Positions 58,417 to 64,000 of a stretch of DNA of 64,000 nt are shown piece by piece. Each line of letters opens with the position of its first letter. The first letter of the stretch is position 1. This DNA comes from Minisyncoccota bacterium (GTDB taxonomy: Bacteria > Patescibacteriota > Minisyncoccia > Phycocordibacterales > JACRKE01): NCBI GenBank assembly GCA_041660505.1, contig JBAZWG010000001.1, forward strand, positions 243,979 through 307,978. Direction: 5' to 3'. The notes beneath the pieces were generated by a model. That model had not been told where the DNA came from and did not search any database. It was given only the letters and a program-made list of their open reading frames with translations. Made by a program: the position numbers and the translations under genes.

Positions 58417-58430
58417 GTGCATATATGCAC
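58417..58430. promoter_or_regulatory. perfect 14-bp palindrome GTGCATATATGCAC between divergent paralogous ATPase genes (candidate operator), flanked by TATAAT-like -10 boxes
   Basis: The sequence is its own reverse complement. TGTATAAT lies at about 58403-58410 on the plus strand, and TATAAT-like hexamers on the minus strand at about 58436-58450. Confidence 0.5.
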
Positions 58431-59930
58431 AGATATTATCAGATATTATATTGTATGGAAGTTGGGAAAATTCAAAAGATACGTTATACCCCGCCACCGG
58501 CCGAGCTTGCTACGCCCGATAATACCGAGCTCCAAAATTTGACCTGCCTCGGCAAAACGAATTACGTCGTGGCGATGGACGACCGGCGCTATATCTTTGG
58601 CATCAAGCGTATGGACCGCACGCGCCATATGTACGTCATCGGCAAGTCCGGCGTCGGTAAGTCTAAACTCTTGGAAATCATGATCCGCCAAGATATCGCC
58701 CACGGCGACGGCCTCTGCCTTATGGACCCGCACGGCGATGTCATCGAGGACGTGCTTGAGTTCATTCCGGAAGACCGTATAGACGATGTTGTCATCATCG
58801 ACCCATCAGATACCGCCTTCCCGGCATCATTCAACCCATTAGTCGGCGTTGAGGCCGATCTCAAACATCAGCTCGCTCAAGGTCTTATCGAGGTGATGCA
58901 AAAACAGTTCGGTGCCAACTGGACACCGCGCTTAGAGCACGTCTTCCGCTTCACCGTTCTTGCTCTCCTCGACTATCCGTACGCCACGATGCGCGGGATG
59001 CTTATGATGCTAACCGACCGCAACTACCGCCAGAAGGTGGTCGAGTATATTCAGCATGATGTGGTGAAAAGATTCTGGGCAATCGAATTCGCCGACTGGT
59101 CGGAGAAGTTCGATACCGATGCCATCATTCCGCTAGTCAATAAGCTTGGACAGTTTCTTTCAAATCCGCTCCTCGGTAATATCTTCGGCCAGCAGAAGAA
59201 CTTAATCGACTTCGAAGCGCTGATGAACAGCAAGAAATTAATTTTCATCAACTTGTCCAAGGGCCGCTTGGGTGAAGAAAACTCTTCGTTCTTCGGCTCA
59301 ATGCTCATCACCAAGATCAAGCAAGCCGGTATGGCGCGCGCCAAGATGTCTCGCTCGGCCCGCCAAGACTTCTACTTATATGTAGACGAGTTCCAGACCG
59401 TCGTCACCGACACTTTTGAAAATATCTTATCAGAGTCTCGTAAATATGGACTTTGTCTTATTGTCGCGCACCAGTACGTCGCCCAACTCTCGCCCAAAAT
59501 CCAGCAAGCGGTGCGCGGTAACTCCGGCACAATAGTCACCTTCCGCGTCGGCGGTGATGATGCCGAGTCGCTCAAGGCCGAGATGGCCCCGCTCATCGAG
59601 CCGAAGGACCTCATCAACTTGGGCCTCCGCGAGTTCTATATCAAGATGACCATCGACGGCGAGACCTACGACCCGTTCTCGGCTGAAACTTTGAAAGTTT
59701 TGCCCCCGCTTCACGAGTCGTATAAAGACCGCATCATCGCCGCCTCGCGCTCAAAATACAATATCCCGGTAGAGCTTGCCGAGCAATTAGTCCGCGAAGA
59801 AGACGAGAATTTGAAGATGAATAAAGGCCCATCGAACAACGGCGCCGGCGCGACCACTACGGCAACCCTCACCTCATCACCAGCGCAAGCCCCAGGCACG
59901 GGCGACAGCTCTCCCGAACCGCTTATATAA
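58425..59930 (+). CDS. soluble VirD4/TrwB/TraD-like P-loop ATPase (paralog of the gene at 56304-58370)
   Basis: Walker A HMYVIGKSGVGKSKLL followed by LMDPHGDV, Walker B FYLYVDEFQTV and the AHQ motif. Alternative start at ATG 58455 (MEVGKIQ). Confidence 0.6.
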   Translation: MHRYYQILYCMEVGKIQKIRYTPPPAELATPDNTELQNLTCLGKTNYVVAMDDRRYIFGIKRMDRTRHMYVIGKSGVGKSKLLEIMIRQDIAHGDGLCLMDPHGDVIEDVLEFIPEDRIDDVVIIDPSDTAFPASFNPLVGVEADLKHQLAQGLIEVMQKQFGANWTPRLEHVFRFTVLALLDYPYATMRGMLMMLTDRNYRQKVVEYIQHDVVKRFWAIEFADWSEKFDTDAIIPLVNKLGQFLSNPLLGNIFGQQKNLIDFEALMNSKKLIFINLSKGRLGEENSSFFGSMLITKIKQAGMARAKMSRSARQDFYLYVDEFQTVVTDTFENILSESRKYGLCLIVAHQYVAQLSPKIQQAVRGNSGTIVTFRVGGDDAESLKAEMAPLIEPKDLINLGLREFYIKMTIDGETYDPFSAETLKVLPPLHESYKDRIIAASRSKYNIPVELAEQLVREEDENLKMNKGPSNNGAGATTTATLTSSPAQAPGTGDSSPEPLI

Positions 59931-59986
59931 AGACTGGCAAGGTTCAAATGGTGGGAATTGGCCCGCCCTTGTGATATTATCTCCTT

Positions 59987-61723
59987 ATGCCCAGCAAAAC
60001 CCCCAAATTCGATTCTGCGCTTGATGCCATTTTCGCCACCTTGGCGCCTCACGAACGCGTTTGCAAACAGTGTAATCTTTCGTTCCAAATAGAGGCCGAG
60101 GATATCGAATTTTTGAAGAAATTAAGAGTCCCGCCACCGACTCTCTGCCCGCGGTGCAGGCTACAGCGACGTATGGCATCACGCATACGGTTGCGCCCGG
60201 TGTTTTATAAAAAATCATGTGCAGCGCCCGGCCACAGCGAGAAGATAGTTTCATTTCTTGATGAAGATAATCCTGTGCCAGTCTATGATGATGCATATTA
60301 TCGGAGCGATGCTTGGGACCCGTTCAGTTTCGCCACCACCTACGATGCGAGCGTGCCGTTCTTTAAAAAGTTCGCCGAATTCGCCGCCAACTTCCCCCAT
60401 CAGACTGCCAACAAGGATGTCCAAAGTATCAACTGCGACTTCGTTGTTTCGGGCGTACAGGCCAAGAATTGCTACTACGTCGCCGTGCCGTACCTTTCGG
60501 AAAATTTACAATATGGCCACCTCGGGGTGAACTCAAAAGATTGCCTCGAATTCTTGAGTATTGATAGTGTGGAAAATTCCTACCATTCGGTGCGCGGCCT
60601 TCGTTCCTATAACTGCCTCTTCTGCGTTGACTCTGCTGACTGCGTTGATTCATCATTCTTGTTCGACTGTAAAAATTGCATGAACTGCTTTATGAGCAGC
60701 AATCTCCGCAATGCTAAATATGTTTGGAAGAATGAACAGTTGAGCAAAGAGGTATACGAAAAAAGGCTTTTGGACGTTGATCTCGGCAGTTATACAGTAC
60801 TGGAGACATATCGCCGAAAGTTCGAAGAACTGTGCAAAAAAGCGATTCACAAGAATCTGGATATTTTGAAATCGGAAAATTGCGTCGGTAACAATCTGCG
60901 CAATTGCAAAAATTGCATCAACACATATGAATGTTTCGGGGGCGGAGAAAATATCAAAAACGTTATGAGCTCGCTCAAAGTCACGGATTCACTAGATACT
61001 TACGGCAGTACAGACACATCCCTCGCCTATGATTGTGCCGGGACCCCTGTTTGTATTAAATGTAAATTTTCTTTGCTTATCCGCACTGGCCTCGAGGTGG
61101 AATATTCGGTTGAATGCATTAACGTGGAATTCTGTTTTGCCTGTTTCGGTCTGCGAGGAAAAAAGTTCTGTATTTTCAACAAACAATACGATGAAAATGA
61201 GTATTGGGAGAAAGTCGACGCGATTAAAACAGCGATGCTTGCTCGCGGCGAATATGGCGAGTTCTTCTCTATTGCCGACAGCCCATTCCCATACAATGAC
61301 AGTGATGCACAGCTCGAATTCCCTCTTACAAGAGATGAAGTATCGGCGCGAGGCTGGAAGTGGCACGATAAAAAAGAAAATCCTGTTGACCTTTCAGGGT
61401 TGAACGTCATCAAAGCCGCCGACCTGCCGGACAATATACGAGATGTTACCGATGACATTCTGCACAAGGCAGTCTTGTGCATGGAGACCGGCCGGCCGTT
61501 CCGCCTTACGCCGTACGAGCTTGCCTTCTACCGCCAGCACAATCTTCCGCTTCCGCGTCTTCATCCCGACGTGCGCATCAATAAGCTTTTCGAATTCCGT
61601 ATCCCCTATCACCTCTATACAGACACCTGTAAAAAGTGCGGCAAATCAATCCAATCTGGCTATGATCCGGATAAAGGATATACTGTCTACTGCGAACAGT
61701 GTTATCAGCAAGAAGTTGTTTAA
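59987..61723 (+). CDS. Cys-rich protein with N- and C-terminal zinc ribbons and internal CxxCxxC repeats (family unknown)
   Basis: 578 aa. N-terminal CKQCN...PPPTLCPRCR. Internal CKNCMNCF, CKNCINTYEC and CIKCKF motifs. C-terminal CKKCGK...YCEQCYQQEVV. Confidence 0.5.
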   Translation: MPSKTPKFDSALDAIFATLAPHERVCKQCNLSFQIEAEDIEFLKKLRVPPPTLCPRCRLQRRMASRIRLRPVFYKKSCAAPGHSEKIVSFLDEDNPVPVYDDAYYRSDAWDPFSFATTYDASVPFFKKFAEFAANFPHQTANKDVQSINCDFVVSGVQAKNCYYVAVPYLSENLQYGHLGVNSKDCLEFLSIDSVENSYHSVRGLRSYNCLFCVDSADCVDSSFLFDCKNCMNCFMSSNLRNAKYVWKNEQLSKEVYEKRLLDVDLGSYTVLETYRRKFEELCKKAIHKNLDILKSENCVGNNLRNCKNCINTYECFGGGENIKNVMSSLKVTDSLDTYGSTDTSLAYDCAGTPVCIKCKFSLLIRTGLEVEYSVECINVEFCFACFGLRGKKFCIFNKQYDENEYWEKVDAIKTAMLARGEYGEFFSIADSPFPYNDSDAQLEFPLTRDEVSARGWKWHDKKENPVDLSGLNVIKAADLPDNIRDVTDDILHKAVLCMETGRPFRLTPYELAFYRQHNLPLPRLHPDVRINKLFEFRIPYHLYTDTCKKCGKSIQSGYDPDKGYTVYCEQCYQQEVV

Positions 61724-61756
61724 ATAGAGAGTTCAACTCTCTATTATAAGGCTAAA

Positions 61757-63466
61757 ATGGAAACTAGAACCTGCCAGAATTGTAACGAGAACTTCGTCAT
61801 CGAGCCGGAAGACTTTGAGTTTTACGAAAAAATAAAAGTTCCGCCCCCGACTTGGTGCCCGGAGTGCCGGCGGTGGCGGCGCATGTTCTTTCAGAACGAG
61901 CGCGGGATTCGTAAAACTTCATGTGCGCTTTGCGGCCAAACGACACTCTCAATGTTCAACGACAAAGTACCGCATGTTGCCTACTGCCATAGCTGCTGGT
62001 GGGGAGATAAATGGGATGCGCTAAACTTCGGTCGTGATTACGACGACAAGGTTTCTTTTTGGAATCAATTTTTTGAACTCTTCCGCACCACGCCAACTCC
62101 GGCGGTGAGTAACGAAAATCCAATCAACAGTGACTACGTCAATCACACCTCTAACGCCAAAAACTGTTATCTGATTTTCTTTTCTGGCACACCACTACCC
62201 AATGAAGACTGCTACTACTCTTATCGCATAGACGGTTGCCGGGGCTGTATCGACACGGCTTATACCACCCAGAGCGAAGACTGTTACGAATTGATGGACG
62301 GCACCAAGTGTAATAAGGTGCAATTCGGGAGATATGTCGAAGAAACTTTCGACAGCATGTTCCTGGACGACTGCAAGAACTGTTCCGACTGCTTCGGCTG
62401 TTCCAAATTAAGAAACAGGAATCACTGCATATATAATGAGCAATACAGCAAGGCGGATTATGAACGCGAGCGCAGTAAGATAGATTTGGGCAGTTATGCC
62501 AATTTAGAAAATTTTAAAATGGCTTTCGCCGAGTTTAATGCTAAAACGCCCAAGCGCTTCGCCAATATAATTAAATCCGAAAATTGTACCGGCGACAACA
62601 TAACCGGCTGCAAAAATTGCAGGGATTGTTATGTCATAAAAAATTCAGAGGATTCCCGCTTCGCCGAGATGTGCCCAGGCGGAGTACGCGATTGTTACGA
62701 TCTCCGCATTGCCCGTGGCGAACAGCTTTATGAAGACTTCGCGGTACTCCGGTCATCAAATGTCTACTTCAGTGTGATCTGTCTAGACAGTAAGAATGTC
62801 CAGTATTCTTATTTTATGATTAACTGTTCAGATTGTTTCGGCTGTGTCGGACTAAAGAATAAGCAATTCTGTATCTTGAATAAGCAATATGCCGAAGAAG
62901 AATATCGCTCATTGTTGCCGAGAATCATCGCCAACATGAACGGTTTGCCCTATACTGGCAAAAACGGCGCAGTATATAAATATGGTGAATTCTTCCCTCT
63001 CGATGAAAGCCCCTATCTATATTACGACACCCCGGCGAACGAAGTTTTGCCTTTATCAAAAGAAGAGGTTATCTTGCGCGGTTTAAATCTGGACGATGAG
63101 CTCTCGCGGAATTATAAAGTAACGGTGGCAAAGGGTAATATCCCCGACCACATTCGCGATGTCCCCGACTCTATCACTAACGAAATTCTAGAGTGCGCTC
63201 ACAAGGGTCAATGTCTGCACAGGTGCGCCACCGCCTTCCGCATCACCCCGTTCGAATTGGCTTATTATAAAAAATTCAATCTCGCTCTGCCCACAATTTG
63301 CAGTAACTGCCGCCACTACGAGAGAATTAAATCAAGAAACCCTTTAAAGCTCTGGCACAGAAAGTGTATGAATGTTGGATGTCAAAACGAGTTTGAAACG
63401 TCATATTCTCCCGACCGCCCGGAGATTATCTATTGTGAATCTTGTTATCAACAAGAAGTAGTATAA
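61757..63466 (+). CDS. Cys-rich protein, tandem paralog of the gene at 59987-61723
   Basis: 569 aa. N-terminal CQNCN...PPPTWCPECR. Internal CKNCSDCFGC, CKNCRDCY and CSDCFGCVGLKN motifs. C-terminal CSNCRHY...YCESCYQQEVV. Confidence 0.5.
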   Translation: METRTCQNCNENFVIEPEDFEFYEKIKVPPPTWCPECRRWRRMFFQNERGIRKTSCALCGQTTLSMFNDKVPHVAYCHSCWWGDKWDALNFGRDYDDKVSFWNQFFELFRTTPTPAVSNENPINSDYVNHTSNAKNCYLIFFSGTPLPNEDCYYSYRIDGCRGCIDTAYTTQSEDCYELMDGTKCNKVQFGRYVEETFDSMFLDDCKNCSDCFGCSKLRNRNHCIYNEQYSKADYERERSKIDLGSYANLENFKMAFAEFNAKTPKRFANIIKSENCTGDNITGCKNCRDCYVIKNSEDSRFAEMCPGGVRDCYDLRIARGEQLYEDFAVLRSSNVYFSVICLDSKNVQYSYFMINCSDCFGCVGLKNKQFCILNKQYAEEEYRSLLPRIIANMNGLPYTGKNGAVYKYGEFFPLDESPYLYYDTPANEVLPLSKEEVILRGLNLDDELSRNYKVTVAKGNIPDHIRDVPDSITNEILECAHKGQCLHRCATAFRITPFELAYYKKFNLALPTICSNCRHYERIKSRNPLKLWHRKCMNVGCQNEFETSYSPDRPEIIYCESCYQQEVV

Positions 63467-63469
63467 AAC

Positions 63470-63497
63470 AAAAACCGCTTACGCGGCTTTTGTTTCT
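63470..63497 (+). terminator. putative intrinsic terminator after the Cys-rich gene pair
   Basis: aaaaaccgc-ttac-gcggctttt forms a short GC stem followed by a T-rich run (ttttgtttctt). Confidence 0.4.
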
Positions 63498-63654
63498 TCG
63501 TATCTTTTGATTAGAGCTTTCTGGTCTTTATTCGCTTCACGAACCACCTCCATTAGTAACTTCTTTTTTTCCCCTGCGGACGCACCATAAAAGAACTCTG
63601 AAAAGTCCGTTTGCGGGGGTGTATTTCTCTGAAATAAGGCTTTAATAACAGCAA

Positions 63655-64000
63655 TCATACAAGGATTTCGATTAGTTGCTCTTTAGTATACTTTGTTGCC
63701 AAGAAGTAGTCAATTTTGTCGATATTTAACTCCAGGCTTTCGATTGCATTGTCGTTATTCTTAATTACGAGGTTAAGCTCTATTTTATTACCAAAATCGG
63801 CTTTAGCCTTATTAACATTTTCTTGAGCCATAAAGAACCCGCGAATAAACGTTTCTTTTGACACTCTCCTCCCTTCAAGTGTCTCTCTTTTCTTTGTGAA
63901 TTCCCATGCTTGGAAAGGTTCTTGGTAAACAAAGTAGATTTCTACTTTTCTATTTCGCTCAAGCGAGCGGGTGATATTTTTAGTTGAATCGGCATAGGCA
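63655..64000 (-). CDS. hypothetical protein, 3' part (the frame is open to the window edge)
   Basis: The minus-strand frame ...QAWEFTKKRETLEGRRVSKETFIRGFFMAQENVNKAK...EQLIEILV* has no stop before position 64000. Confidence 0.3.
   Translation of the reverse strand, partial: AYADSTKNITRSLERNRKVEIYFVYQEPFQAWEFTKKRETLEGRRVSKETFIRGFFMAQENVNKAKADFGNKIELNLVIKNNDNAIESLELNIDKIDYFLATKYTKEQLIEILV

Noticed and set aside
58425-58430. Literal 6-nt start-codon overlap of the two divergent ATPase ORFs
   Set aside because: Both listed starts (ATG 58425 and GTG 58430) fall inside the 14-bp palindrome. Downstream in-frame ATGs (58455 on the plus strand, 58370 on the minus strand) give a conventional divergent promoter region, so the overlap is probably an ORF-calling artefact.
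1-64000. Alternative genetic code (UGA recoding, as in some small-genome lineages)
   Set aside because: Long ORFs with recognisable full-length proteins (Obg, RF1, DegT, GT4s) are uninterrupted under the standard code and end at canonical stops, including TGA in the ATGA overlaps.
1-64000. CRISPR arrays, rRNA or tRNA genes
   Set aside because: No array of regularly spaced direct repeats was seen. Intergenic gaps are short (mostly under 100 bp) and none shows a cloverleaf-compatible sequence. No rRNA-like conserved stretches were recognised.

Overview
This 64-kb window has low to moderate GC overall (about 42-45%) with GC-rich islands. Its gene content (rpsB, prfA, rpmE, rplY, obg, trxB, many small overlapping genes) and the large glycan locus suggest a small-genome bacterium, possibly of the CPR/Patescibacteria type, but that is inference. 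The standard genetic code appears to be used, since long ORFs are uninterrupted. Contents in order along the window: (1) A housekeeping block on the minus strand: S2 (partial), RF1, L31, L25, Obg, UDP-glucose dehydrogenase, thioredoxin reductase, glutaredoxin-like protein. Interspersed are a large secreted repeat protein, a DUF4258/DUF2283 toxin-antitoxin-like pair, and a secreted coiled-coil protein with a lytic-transglycosylase-like domain. (2) A complete diversity-generating retroelement (DGR) between rplY and obg. It has a reverse transcriptase carrying the DGR-type SQ motif, an Avd-like four-helix-bundle gene, and a 103-bp template repeat (TR) and variable repeat (VR). The TR and VR differ at 13 positions, and every difference sits at a TR adenine on the coding strand. 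The target gene carries the VR at its 3' end and is followed by a strong hairpin. Avd is inverted relative to the RT, TR and target. The target/TR segment is much more GC-rich than the RT/avd segment. An 11-C homopolymer sits at the avd 5' end. (3) A roughly 40-kb glycan biosynthesis island (about 15.4-56.3 kb). It encodes the ADP-heptose pathway (gmhA, HldE kinase and adenylyltransferase as separate genes, HAD phosphatase, heptosyltransferase). It also encodes a Wzx-like flippase, a Wzy/O-antigen-ligase-like TPR protein, at least 9 GT4, GT2 or GT9 glycosyltransferases, 4 GT-C/PMT-like polytopic membrane proteins, and at least 9 SAM methyltransferases. Other members are DegT aminotransferase, FdtA-like ketoisomerase, epimerases/dehydratases, two UGM-like FAD oxidoreductases, a GT2-CapK fusion and a GT2-methyltransferase fusion. 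One GT4 gene contains two tracts of four tandem heptanucleotide repeats each. (4) A divergent pair of paralogous soluble VirD4/TrwB-like (T4CP-like) P-loop ATPases separated by a perfect 14-bp palindrome. (5) Two tandem paralogous Cys-rich proteins of about 570 aa, each flanked by Zn-ribbons and ending in the identical tail CYQQEVV. No rRNA, tRNA or CRISPR was recognised.
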